Shown here: one piece after another, positions 26,031 to 39,090 of the stretch
How the letters are laid out: every line of letters starts with the position of its first letter
Position numbering within the stretch: the stretch's first letter is position 1
Source: Octopus sinensis
Lineage: Eukaryota
NCBI RefSeq assembly: GCF_006345805.1
Contig: NC_042999.1
Location: 99,324,001 to 99,388,000 of the forward strand
Direction: 5' to 3'
Length of the DNA stretch: 64,000 bases
Program-made: the position numbers and the translations under genes
Notes under the pieces: model-generated
Told to the model about the DNA's origin: nothing
Seen by the model: the letters and a program-made list of their open reading frames with translations, nothing else
Database searches by the model: none

Positions 26031-26088
<58 letters not shown>

Positions 26089-27204
26089 TTTTTTTCAGAC
26101 TCGACTCACAAATTTTCAAAGTGAGTCCTTTTCGGATGGCCAAAGAACTTCATGTGTAATGTATCCGTGACTGAACCACTAAAATTATAATACTATACAG
26201 CTATTTCGAAGTATCCTGGAGCACTGCTGGATTTGTGGATGAAAATACAAACTACATCTTTGGGGTTTTGTTTTTAATATTATCAGTCAAGTGTTGTAAA
26301 CAGTTCAAAAGTTCAATAAATTGGTTTGTCGTGAAGAGGTAGAAAATTTTAACGATTCAAGTCGCATTCAAGTTTCGTCCAATTAATGAATCTTTGCTGA
26401 TACGGGCTTGTTTAGATTTTCGACAGTTATCTTATCACTCAGTGTATAAACCAAGACATCTGGGCGTCAAGTTTGGAATCTACGCCAGACATCGTTGTCG
26501 ATGGATGTTTAGTTTTACTGGTCGGTACACAATCTTCGTGTCATGATTTTCTAAGCAATAATATCCAGGGTCATTTTATTCAGTCCACTGAGAATGATAA
26601 TCCAATTATAAGAGCAGTGTCCAGTTCAAGGAAAAGAGAAAAAAATAGAGAAAGAGAGAGAGAGAGAGAGAGTGAGTGAGTGAGTGAGAGAGAGAAGGTA
26701 GGGGAGAGGAAAGAATAATGGTAACTGCTACTAGCCTCTATTGCTTGTTTGAACAGTTTTGATAGGAGCTTTTAATACATGTAATTTTGACGCCAATACG
26801 TAGAGTTTCCAATACTCAAGGTATGATAGCAATAAATTATACTATCCGTTGAAATATGAACGACCTGCAATTGATGATTTGAAACAAAGCTTTTACGTCA
26901 TTTCCTTGTCCATTCTGTTTATCACAGTTAACGTAGTTGCACAGTGTAGCCATTTGTTAACGAATAATAAAATTCAACAACCATTATTTCAATATTTATA
27001 ACAGAAATAATGAGAAAATATCCCTTTGACGCGCCCGGACTTGTTATCAAGAGCCTATACAGGTTTTCTTACAGTCTGACATGGCTGAAGTTGTGAAGAT
27101 CAATAGTTTGACAAAATTAGTAACTGAAGACACAATTCCAGTTTGCTTGTTCATCTAGTTTATTAAACTGGGTATTAACAACATGGTTGTAAGCAGTTTT
27201 CAAC

Positions 27205-27236
<32 letters not shown>

Positions 27237-27271
27237 ATCTATCTATCTATCTATCTGTCTGTCTGTCTGTC

Positions 27272-27307
<36 letters not shown>

Positions 27308-27914
27308 GCCTGCCTGCATGTACGTATGTATGTCTGCCTGCCAGCTAGCTACCTGTTTTTCCGTCCATTAAACTCCATTTCATTCCCGCTTCCATTTTTT
27401 ATCCCCTAAGCTTGCTTGTGTATGTATGTATGTATGTATGTATGTATGTATGTATGTATGTATGCATGCATGTATGTAAGTATGTATGACTGCATGCATG
27501 TGTATGTATATGCATCTACACATACACATACGCTTGGTAGCGTCTTGCATATGAAATACTATATGAAATATAGTGAGTTGAAAAACTACAATCATCTGAG
27601 ATTAATTATATAATTAATAAACCCAAACTCTCTTGATATATATTTCTTTTTAAAAAGGGAGAAAACTCTAATACGATCGATTGATCGATTTTGATTTGAC
27701 ATTATAGATTATGTTTAAAGCATACCAATGAAAGCAAAATTAGATTACCTCAGCAGAATAACTCCAGCATTTCTCGAACTAGTGCTTCCGGTCCGCTCCC
27801 GTTCCCCGGAAAAGATTCTGTTCCCCAGAAATCACTGCACTAATTGTTCTATAAAATATAACAATGTTAAAATGTAATGGGTAATGCGAATTTCTTTTTT
27901 TTGTTTTGTTTCAG

Positions 27915-28049
27915 ACAATTTGTCATCCCGAGTACGGAGTACGGGCAAAAACTCAGCGAGAGCTGCGCTAACAATACTCCGATATTACACCATACATTAG
28001 CAACGTTAGATATGACGGCGAGCATTCAACCACAGTTACTCTATAATTA
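27915..28049 (+). CDS. Candidate terminal coding exon
   Basis: Strong acceptor (T-rich tract, ttgttttgtttCAG). The phase-2 frame QFVIPSTEYGQKLSESCANNTPILHHTLATLDMTASIQPQLLYN* matches the phase of exon 19835-19947. Followed by ~1.4 kb of repeat-free AT-rich sequence. Confidence 0.3.
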
Positions 28050-30165
28050 AATGTATCAGAATAAGAGCAGCCTATTCTGAATATGGCCACATATTTTCTA
28101 TCATTCTCAAATACCTCCCCTTAATTAATGCCGTTATTGATGTTGGTGGCTAATAACATACTTCCATATTTAATGTTATCAAATCAAAATTTGTTGAAAT
28201 ATATCTAACGCAATTATTTCTAATTGATATATTTTACTAATACCTTCTAATGCAGATTAATGGCTAAGGAGAACTAATAGCAATTGAATTAATGTTCAGT
28301 CCACAAGTAAAGACATCGGTAATAAAAATTAAACAATGTTGAGAGTTGCAGTGGTAACAAGAATGGTAAAGCCAAAAGTATTTGAACCTGCATTGTGACG
28401 AATATGTAAATATTTGATTTCCTTGTAGGCAGTTATAACAATCATTCACCATTATATATACATTTTCCATATTGAATTATCAAATGTGTGCGTGAAACCA
28501 TCAAATTTTGATTACCAAACATGAATTTTCATATAAACGAATAAATATTTTCGTAAATAAGGAAGAATTATTTTTTGCCCAAACTGTATTAAACGCACAT
28601 TTCATGAAATCTTAAGACTTATAACCAAGAAAGAATATCCATATAGGAAAACAAGATAATTCTCTTTGCACTGAAAATTGTAATATAGTAGCTGCAACAA
28701 AGGAAAAGTATTGTTCTACCTGGCAATCCATTTAAACACAAAATAAACGATATGGTGAAAAATACAGGAAAGAAAGCAATAAGTTTTGAAACAACGTTTT
28801 GAATAAATAAATGGCAAAGTTTTAGTGTTTCTAGACCAACACCGTCTATCGGCAAGATATGGCACATTTGATTTTAATGGGAAAGCTCAGGAATTTAATG
28901 CAACAGCATTAAATCTATTATTAAAGGCTTCATATACAGCATATTTTGTGTTTTAAAAGAATTAAATCTAAACACGCAAGTCACGGACGTAAATATTTTA
29001 AAAGGTCATAAGAAAGTGTAAGCAACAATTTCAAAATTGACTTTATGGAATTAACAAATTCTAAAAAAATTTCAAGTTCTTTTAAGCAGCATCTAAACTT
29101 TCTAGGAAATCATTGCGAAATATACTTGAAATAATACGTACTTTCTGCATCAATTCAAGGAGTTTTCTGGCAGTTAATAAAGCATTTAAATGAATAGTTT
29201 ATCCTCAAACCATGCCAACCAACAAAATGTGAATTAAAGATCAATTCAGTGCAAAAATAGAAAAAGAAGAAATATTACAGCTAAACGATCTAGAAGTGAT
29301 TTCCTTAATTGAACTTTCATGCGACGCTGTTTTGAAGCGAAGATATGAGGTTGATGTGAAAGTGGATTTCCTATTTTGGTTTTCTTAAAAAATAAAAAAG
29401 TATTGAAACAGTTTTATGAGGAGCAAGAATTAAGGCGAATAATTAATTTCTATTTCCTCAAATGTACAACTGTATTGTGATAGCAAGCAATGCCACGAGG
29501 AGTTGTTTGCTATCACACACCTGTGCACATAAAACAAAATGATAAACTTCACACATATATAGCATACACTGCATACATTTATACACCCATTGCCTCGGCG
29601 TAACTTCAGAAAAAAACCTGTACACATACGTCCACTTATATGCATGAATATGCACACACTTATACAAATTCAGAACACAAAGACCAATATGCAATTAGAT
29701 ATATTACTCACTACAAACTCACACGCACGCCCATCCAAAAGTATTCACTCATAACAAGAAAACAAAAATTCCACTCCACCCAAGACAAAATACCACTATT
29801 ATCACACCAAATAGACACACACACGACAAACAAATAATGGGCATAACAACAAAAATACAACACACCAAAATTATTCATTCAAAAAAATGATTATTCATTT
29901 AAAGCATATTAATGCACTATAGTTATGTACTTAAGTTCACCGCTTTCACCAGTCATAAGCATTCATAAAAATACTCACCCCAATATTTCTCATTTAGTTT
30001 CTTTGACCAATGGCAAAATGACAAATAGTCATACTAAATTGCCAATCAAGCCACATGACTTCAATCTGCCGCGCACACATGCACACAAATACTTCTTTGA
30101 ATAAATGTAAAAAAAAAAAAAAACCCCAAAACCCAACAAATTCTAAAGAAATACAAACTCTTACA

Positions 30166-30545
30166 AGGCGAGCTGACAGAAACGTTAGCACGCCGGGCGA
30201 AATGCGTAGCCGTATTTCGTCTGCCGTTACGTTCTGAGTTCAAATTCCGCCGAGGTCGACTTTGCCTTTCATCCTTTCGGGGTCGATAAATTAAGTACCA
30301 GTTACGCACTGAGGTCGATGTAATCTACTTAATCCGTTTGTCTGTCCTTGTTTGTCCACTCTGTGTTTAGCCCTTGTGAGTAGTAAAGAAATAAGTATTT
30401 TATTTGCCACTACGTTCTGAGTTCAAATTCCGCCGAAGTCGACTTTGCCTTTCATCCTTTCGGGGTCGATTAAATAAGTACCAGTTTGTCTGTCCTTGTT
30501 TGTCCCCTCAGTGTGTAGCCCCTTGTGAGCAGTAAAGAAATAAGT
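30166..30545 (+). mobile_element. SINE family 1 with internally duplicated body
   Basis: aggcgagctgacagaaacgttagcacgccgggcg..GAGTTCAAATTCC..catcctttcggggtcgat, body repeated twice. Confidence 0.93.
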
Positions 30546-30844
30546 AATACAAACTCTCTCAAACACACACACACATACACAAACATCAAAGTATATAAAT
30601 ATACCACAAATACCAGTTGTAACAGTTTTCACCCGAGGATCGCAGTGAAATATAACTAGAGTCGCGAAAAAAACCTCTGTTTCAATTTCACTAATAATAA
30701 ACCATATCCATTATAATAAGTGCTGAACATTCCACACTGATTCGGCTGACGTACGTAAATATCCCCTCCCTACATACGCACATATATAGAGTTAGATGGA
30801 TATTGAGATAAATGTGTGTGTGTGTGCATCTATCTATATATAAT

Positions 30845-31246
30845 TCTTTATTGCCCACAAGGGGCTAAACATAGAGGGGACAAACAAGGACAGGCAAAGA
30901 GATTAAGTCGATTACATCGACCCCAGTGCGTAATTTGTACTTATTTAATCGACCCCGAAAGGATAAAAGGCAAAGTCGACCACGGCGGAATTTGAACTCA
31001 GAACGTAGCGGTAGACGAAATACCTATTTCTTTACAACCCACAAGGGGCTAAACACAGAGAGGACAAACAAGGACAGACAAACGAATTAAGTCGATTATA
31101 TCGACCCCAGTACGTAACTGGTACTTATTTAATCGACCCCGAAAGGATGAAAGGTTAAGTCGACCTTGGCGGAATTTGAACTCAGAACGTAACGGCAGAC
31201 GAAATACGGCTACGCTTTTTCGCCCGGCGTGCTAACGTTTCTGCCT
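30845..31246 (-). mobile_element. SINE family 1 with internally duplicated body
   Basis: Reverse complement of the same family as 30166-30545. Confidence 0.93.
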
Positions 31247-32831
31247 GATGACCTCATTTCTCTGTATATGCACATACTTACTGTATTTACATGGATACAA
31301 CATGGTCTCAAAGGTAGAGCGAACTGCGAGTTTAACTAGAGTTAATTATAATTTTGGTAGCAACTTATAAATCGCGTAAAACATAAAACGCCAAACGTAT
31401 AAAACCTAATAATGAAAAACACTAACACTGCTATCGTTTTTCTTTTGTAGCTAGTCACATTAACATAATAGCTATCGAGAAAAAGCTTAGCATGGGACTT
31501 AAAATGAGTTTGTCATTTAAAAATAATCAAAGATGATTCACCATATGATGTTTCAAATAGCCTCACTTATTATCTTTCTTTAGCTATTCATCAGTGTCCC
31601 ATTTCTTAATCTTATTCATTTTCAGTAGAAGTAATCTTCGTAGTTACAATCTGATCATTTCACGATAAGTTATCTTCTATTTCATTCAGTTTTTCTTTTT
31701 ACTGATGCCAATTTTCAAAAAATATATCGTAATACGCATGCGAAAAAGCAGTGATGTGAGTAAAACAAACTTTTAATCATTTCAAATATGTTCAGGATAT
31801 ATTTGACCCGTACAAAAGCTGTCTACTCAGCTTTTTGCCGTTGAAAATATTTCTTGCTTTAGCCAATCGGTACTAAAAGACCTCAAAGGTCGTTTCGAAT
31901 GCATCTTTTGCTCCTTGGCTGTCATTAGCACCGTTAAAATTTCAAGAAGCTTTCGGAAATCACTCATATGCTTAGCATTCTAAGCCACGTTAATCCTAGT
32001 GGAGACAACAGCAAGGCTGTTCTTTTTTGTGGGGATGTGGGTGTGAAGGAATATACAATATCAGTTGCTACTTGTCTTCACTTTGATATAATATTTTCCA
32101 AGGTAACATCCAGGGACTACAGAATAGTTATGAAACCATATAGATTTACAGTTTGATGAATTTTCGTATAGTCCAGTATGTGCTTCATTGGATTAATAAG
32201 GGGAGCTCTTAAGCGGTCTCTCCCCAACACTGCGGATTACTTTAAAAAGGTTTCCAGGTCGTTTATCCTATACTTTTCTCAGTCATTGGATTATGCTTTC
32301 GTCATACATTAAATGTTTCGGAAGGCTTTCAACAATAAGTCTGGAAAAATCATTTTCACTTATTGGAAAAGTCTTGTTTTCAAACAAACAAACAAACAAA
32401 CAAACAACAAAACAAAAGAACAAAACAAAATGAAGAATTTAATTTGATTTCATTCAATTATATGATACAAAACTCCAGTAAAATGTTTTTCCATGCACTT
32501 TTATGGTAACATAAGCAGGTTTATATCCTATTTTTATCTAAAGCTTTATTCCTTGTCATGAATAAGTAAATCCTGAGTACGTCACTCACGTTTTCAATGT
32601 GAACAATTCCAATACCAATCTGCTTAGTTTTATTATGAATTCATGAAATAACAAAATTTAATCATCTAAATAAGAGTGATGTTTTGTGAAACTTTTACTT
32701 TCTGATATAGAGCCAAAGAAAACACTTTGAAGAATTTCTGCTACCATCCATTTGAAAAATTGGAAGATTGACTCCCTACATGGCTGTCAGCTTTTAGTAT
32801 ATTCTTTCCTTTATGACTATATATTGTTACA

Positions 32832-34637
32832 ATACATACATCGTTTCTCTTGCATTCCACTCATTCAATCACTCTTGGATTTTGAGCCTGCATTTCATTC
32901 AGAGGTGGTTCACCATGCAACTGGGCCATATTCTTTGTCTCTATAATTCAAAACAGCCCACCAAAACAATAAATTTCTAGAAATTATACTGCTGTTCTTT
33001 TCAACAATTTCTTTAAATTTAAATCATGCATGGGCAACCATTTTCGAGAAGCAGGCCATATGAGACATGGGCCATCATCGGGCGGGCCGCACTACTAAAC
33101 AAATTCAAGGTAACTTTTCGTTCGGCATGCTACTCAGTCAACTAGGCGGGCCACAATTTGCCCATGATTGCTTCTTTAAATGTTGCGTTGCCATAGATCT
33201 GTGTTGTAGAATTATGCTTTAGTCTTTCTTTCCATTGCCTATTACTGTTCCCAACATTACCAATACTCTGTCGTTGTTTATCTCTGCAAATTCTATGACA
33301 AGCAGTTTAAATTTTTCACATCCGTAAAGTTGTGATAGCATACATCAGGGACTCAGCTTTCACGTTTTAAACTGTTATATTTTATAATTAAATAATCACT
33401 TTTAAGAAATTGAGTGTATAAAGTCATCCTAATGTGCTAACAAAATTAACAATTACCGCTGGATGTATTCAATACACATATGCAATTTCATAACTGCAGG
33501 CAATGAAGTGTGTGCATCAGTCGGCAGCCTATTGTACCAGCAAGTATAATGATATTTCAAATTTTGACACCCATTTCATATCAGATTGCATGCATTGTAT
33601 TCGAGTAAATACACAGTGTGTGATTGTGTACATACATAAATACATACATACATACATTTGTATGCATATGTTTATTGAAGAGACCACTATATTCCAGTTT
33701 AATCTATTTTATTAATGATTTTTTAAAATATTCTCTTACTTGTACTTCATGTTTAGTTGAGAACGCACACACAAACACAGTCAAACACAAATACACATTC
33801 ACTCACACACACATATACCTATACATACATACATACATCGTTTCTCTTGCATTCCACTCATTCAATCACTCTTGGATTTTGAGCCTGCATTTCATTCAGA
33901 GGTGGTTCACCATGCAACTGGGCCATATTCTTTGTCTCTATAATTCAAAACAGCCCACCAAAACAATAAATTTCTAGAAATTATACTGCTGTTCTTTTCA
34001 ACAATTTCTTTAAATTTAAATCATGCATGGGCAACCATTTTCGAGAAGCAGGCCATATGAGACATGGGCCATCATCGGGCGGGCCGCACTACTAAACAAA
34101 TTCAAGGTAACTTTTCGTTCGGCATGCTACTCAGTCAACTAGGCGGGCCACAATTTGCCCATGATTGCTTCTTTAAATGTTGCGTTGCCATAGATCTGTG
34201 TTGTAGAATTATGCTTTAGTCTTTCTTTCCATTGCCTATTACTGTTCCCAACATTACCAATACTCTGTCGTTGTTTATCTCTGCAAATTCTATGACAAGC
34301 AGTTTAAATTTTTCACATCCGTAAAGTTGTGATAGCATACATCAGGGACTCAGCTTTCACGTTTTAAACTGTTATATTTTATAATTAAATAATCACTTTT
34401 AAGAAATTGAGTGTATAAAGTCATCCTAATGTGCTAACAAAATTAACAATTACCGCTGGATGTATTCAATACACATATGCAATTTCATAACTGCAGGCAA
34501 TGAAGTGTGTGCATCAGTCGGCAGCCTATTGTACCAGCAAGTATAATGATATTTCAAATTTTGACACCCATTTCATATCAGATTGCATGCATTGTATTCG
34601 AGTAAATACACAGTGTGTGATTGTGTACATACATAAA

Positions 34638-34654
<17 letters not shown>
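32832..34654. repeat. Direct duplication of ~825 bp, period 997 bp, bounded by (ATAC)n
   Basis: 32832-33657 and 33829-34654 look identical. Contains a hAT/Charlie-like end (CATGCATGGGCAACC..GGCGGGCCGCA). Confidence 0.93.
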
Positions 34655-34669
<15 letters not shown>

Positions 34670-34706
34670 CATACATACATACATATACATACATACATAT
34701 ACATAC

Positions 34707-34752
<46 letters not shown>

Positions 34753-37569
34753 TATATACATATATGTATCTGCAAATGTATGTGTATGGACATACACACA
34801 TACAATTACACGCATTCATTCATAGATTTACGCGCGTTGTTACACACATATGCCACTAATATTGAATCTCTGCCCGAGTGCATAACATTGCTGCAATGTG
34901 TTAATTTCGTTTCACTTTTTCCATCGACTAATTGGATGATTAATCGATTTTATTGAGTCAATAAATGAGTGGACGAGAAATTTAGCACACTGGAATAGAG
35001 TTTGTTAATGACTTTGTAGGTCTTCACAACCTGACAGAACAAGTCACATTTCAGGTAGAACATATTATATCGCCAGAAAAGCATGGCTGACACTAAAGAG
35101 TAGGCTATTGTCGATGCTGCTTATTAGCCCCAGATTAACCGTATCCAATGACAGCGCCAGGCCAGAACAAACCCGGACATTGCACAGGCTTGCAAAATTT
35201 AATCTTAATGAAAAGTTGTACACATCCTATTAATTTTGTTAGTGATTTTACGTTTTTAGGAGTCAACGCTTTTTCCAGTGCATTTCTATGGTAAATCTCT
35301 GTAGTTTTTCACTGCAGGTATTTATTCGCATCAGTTTATTAAGCAGGAATCATATGATAACTACCACACATAATATTTCCAACAAATGTGTATTTCTTTC
35401 CTGTTCTTTTAATTAAGTTTTTCTATATTCCTGCATTCACAGGTTTCCATATGTAGGATTAGTCAGTTTTCAATTGCAAGCGCAGAATATTAACTTTACT
35501 ACGACCCAGAATACTAGTTTCTCATTTCTGTCTTTGTAGTAATTCCTCTGTAGTGAGCCCATGTCGTGTACTTTGTCGTTTATTAACATGTAAGTTCCTC
35601 ACCTCATTTATTCATCGTTTAAGGGGTGTAAGCTACAGCCTCCCGTACCTCCGATTTAGCCAAAGGCTGATCTTTATGCAATAAATTCCGGTGAAAATCT
35701 TTGATCAAGAACTAAATGTTGACATTAGTTTTCAGGCAGAAGTAGTTTTACGACATATGATATTTATTTAGAGCTGCAGTTCAAATTGTATCAGCATTAG
35801 ATATTTAGCTTTATTGCTAAGCAATTTGCTCCATGATCCTTGGATTTTACGGGCAATTTGAAAACTGCGAACAAAAAGCAGCTCCTCCCTGAAATTTTGC
35901 TCGTATTTCTCGCCATACCACGTTCTTCTGACTATTTTTATTGTATCCTCGGAACATTGAAGAGTTATCTATGCGATACTAAAGGCTTAAGTTCGTTGTA
36001 ATCGTTTGGCTCTGATTTACACTGATTAGGTATACCCATAAGAAGTTTTGCTTAAAGATATTGCCAAAATTATTAGAATATTCGGCTTTAGAATGACTAG
36101 AAGATCTCGTCTTCACAGAGTTTCTTCTTAAATACATTCAAATTTCTTCAGTAATGTATTAAGTGATGTGTGAGTATCAAAATTCTCAGCAAATATTTTC
36201 TTTAAGCGAGTAAACATTTTTGCAATATTTCTCATGTTTCAGCATTAGCCATTTAAGGTTTATTGCTTTATTAATTAGTTTAAACAATTTTCTCCATGAT
36301 CCTTGGATTTTACAGGCAATTTGAAGACATACCGAGCAAAAAGCTTATTCTTTGGCTCTATATAAGAAAGCAAAATTAATTTTAAATTACATCAAATTGC
36401 ATTGATTTTAAATTTTATTAAAAATATGGGTTCTTAATAGGTACAGGGCGGAAGTTGTTGCCTTTTTAATTATACATTCTCGTATCGTGTGCGATAGACA
36501 ACTTTGTGCTTTAGACCAGTCATCTTAGCTGGGATACAAAACGAGGTTATGAGTGAAATGTTTGGCATAGATGAATGGTATTATTCCACCCACCCTCCCT
36601 GTAGTCAACCACTTGTTTGTTTTCTTCTCTTGTTTCTTCTCTTGTTTCTTCTACTTTTCAACTTTCCTAAAGCATAATTAAACTAAGACTAGAATGAAAA
36701 ATTTCAAAATGTCGGTAAATGAATGTATTTTTTTGCACAAAGCCGGTATAAATCACTAAGGGATAAGTAAAACAGGGGAGGAGTGAGGGGTATATGAGAT
36801 TAAACGACGTTTATACTTTTATTTGTGGCTATTAGTAGTGCTGAGGTAAGAAAATCTACGCGACTCGGAATGATGAAAATATGAAATTATATTGATATTT
36901 TTAATTTGTCAGTCCACACACACACACACTTTACACTCGTACACACACTTTCATATGTACACAGAAAATAAGGCAGAAAACTAGAACTAAATGTAAATAT
37001 TAAAAGAGAAAAACAATATGGATAAAAAAATTTTATACAGAATTTCAAAATATCTGTTGAGATAAATTCAAGGAAAAAACTTGAAATTGATATTCTATTT
37101 TTTAATCAAAATGTTCAACTGACATTTGAAGATAAATTTGTTTCAGTATTTACAAGGTTTTACGTAGATTTGTATATTTAAACATCAGCATCAGCAACAT
37201 ATTGGAAGGTGCCCTAATATATTTGATAGGTGTCCAGGATGTGTTGTGTAATATATATATTATATATTATATATTTATTATATATATTATATATTTTTAG
37301 TCAGATTTTACAGATCTACTTGTATAGGAAACTTGTTGGCTGCAACCGTAATATGAAATGATCTTTTCGAGAAAAATTACTCGTAATATCTTTAATAAAA
37401 TATTATTTCCTCGATAATTATCGATATTGATGAATTGACAGAAACATTTTGGAATTGAATTAAACGAGTTTGTGGTATTAAGAAACGTCTTTGTTCCCTG
37501 ATATCCAAAATCACAGGATGACTACAGCTGGAATGTATTTGGTCCTTGTTCAGTTCTGGTGGAGTTTTG

Positions 37570-37947
37570 GTGGAGAGTAACTAGTCGATTACATCAACTC
37601 CAATGCTAAATTGGTACTTATTTTATCGACTCCGAAAGGATGAAAAAGAAAGTCGACATATAAAGCTGCTAAGCATTTTGTCCGGCGTGCTAACAATTCT
37701 GCCAGCTCGCCACCTATGGCATTTACTCAGTAATCCTCTCTATTGGAAGCACATGGCCTTAAATTTGGGGTAAGGGATTAAGTCGAATACATCGACCTCA
37801 GTAATTAACTAGTACTTAATTCATCGATCCCGAAAGGATGAAAGGCAAAGTCGACCTCGGTAGAATTTGAACTCAGCACGTAGCGACAGACAAAATATCA
37901 CCAAGTATTTCGTCCAGCGGGCTAAAGATTCTGCCAGCTCGCCGCCG
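37570..37947 (-). mobile_element. Two consecutive SINE family 1 copies
   Basis: gaaaggatgaaa..aaagtcgac and ctgccagctcgcc motifs, each occurring twice. Confidence 0.85.
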
Positions 37948-37978
37948 AACATACACTTAATAATAATACTAAATATTA

Positions 37979-38190
37979 AGGCGGTGAGCTGGCAGAAACG
38001 TTAGCGCGCTGGGCGAAATGCTTAGCAGTATTTCGTCTGCCGTTACGTTCTGAGTTCGAATTCCGCCGAGGTTGACTTTGCCTTTCATCCTTTCGGGGTC
38101 GATAAAATAAGTACCAGTGAAACACGGGTCGATGTGATCGAATAGTCCCCTCCCCACAAATTTGAGGCCTTCTGCCTAAAGTAGAAAGCA
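37979..38190 (+). mobile_element. SINE family 1, full length
   Basis: aggcggtgagctggcagaa (A-box-like), GAGTTCGAATTCC (B-box), core and tail. Confidence 0.93.
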
Positions 38191-38924
38191 ATAATACCAA
38201 ACATGTCCGGAGTTACCTTAAGTATTTACAAAAACCTTCTCTATAATATTACTCAATGTCAAATAAATCCTTTCTCACTGCATAATTTTATAACCTTTTC
38301 TAATTATAACATTTTAATTTTCACAGCATTAACTAACTTAACTTAATGATCCAGTACATCTAACTTCAATTGGTACTGTCTATAACAAAGTTTATCTGGA
38401 TGGAGGATAGTTGAATAAATAAGAAGTTCACTTCGTAATCACGATGTCAAGAGTTCTATCCCACTGTATCTTGTGAGTCAAAATGAACAGATGGAAGTTA
38501 TAGAGTAAATTGCATCTGTAATTCTGGAAAAGGTACAGCTGTGACGCACGTTGATTCTTTCAAGATAACGTTAATCGTACGTTAATTCAGTGGCTGAAAA
38601 ACCAAGTCCTCGTCGTCGGAAGCCGCTAGAGATCCATTAATTTTACCGAAATAAGCAGCATGAATTATCATTTTTCGATGAGTGTTTCATTAGCTAGCAG
38701 CAAAGGATTTAAAATCCTGACATGGAAGGGGATAGGTTCCATTGCGCTGATTTCGAGTAGATACGTTGCTACACGAGGAAGATTTCAAATGTTTCAAATT
38801 AATCGCGGGACGGTTGATTAGCCCAGATCCTCTCTGATCCTAATAGACCTATGGCCTAAGGTTTTCCAGTCATAACAATTCCCCGCTGTGTTTTACAACA
38901 CTATTTTCTTTCTTAACGCGTGAA

Positions 38925-39090
38925 CAGATTGGTGTTAAGGTGATTGGTAAAGCCTCAATGAATTTGCTTCATTCTTTTGGCCCTGTAGTGAGATATGTTA
39001 GCACTATTTTGTCGTGCTATGCCAAAAACATCCAATCACTGCTGGCCGCGGAAGGATACACGTGACCCAGCGGTGAAGCGCGTGTTTTGA
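38925..39090. promoter_or_regulatory. Promoter-like motif cluster
   Basis: CCAAT at 39032 plus two reverse ATTGG near 38928 and 38943, ETS-like GCGGAAG at 39048 and E-box CACGTGAC at 39059, in CpG-rich, repeat-free DNA. Confidence 0.4.

Noticed and set aside
31400-36420. Possible decayed DNA-transposon coding remnants and a ~90-bp direct repeat (35793/36240)
   Set aside because: Too degenerate to assign motifs by eye.
37979-38070. tRNA-like A/B boxes
   Set aside because: These are SINE heads, with no complete cloverleaf, and are followed by a SINE body.
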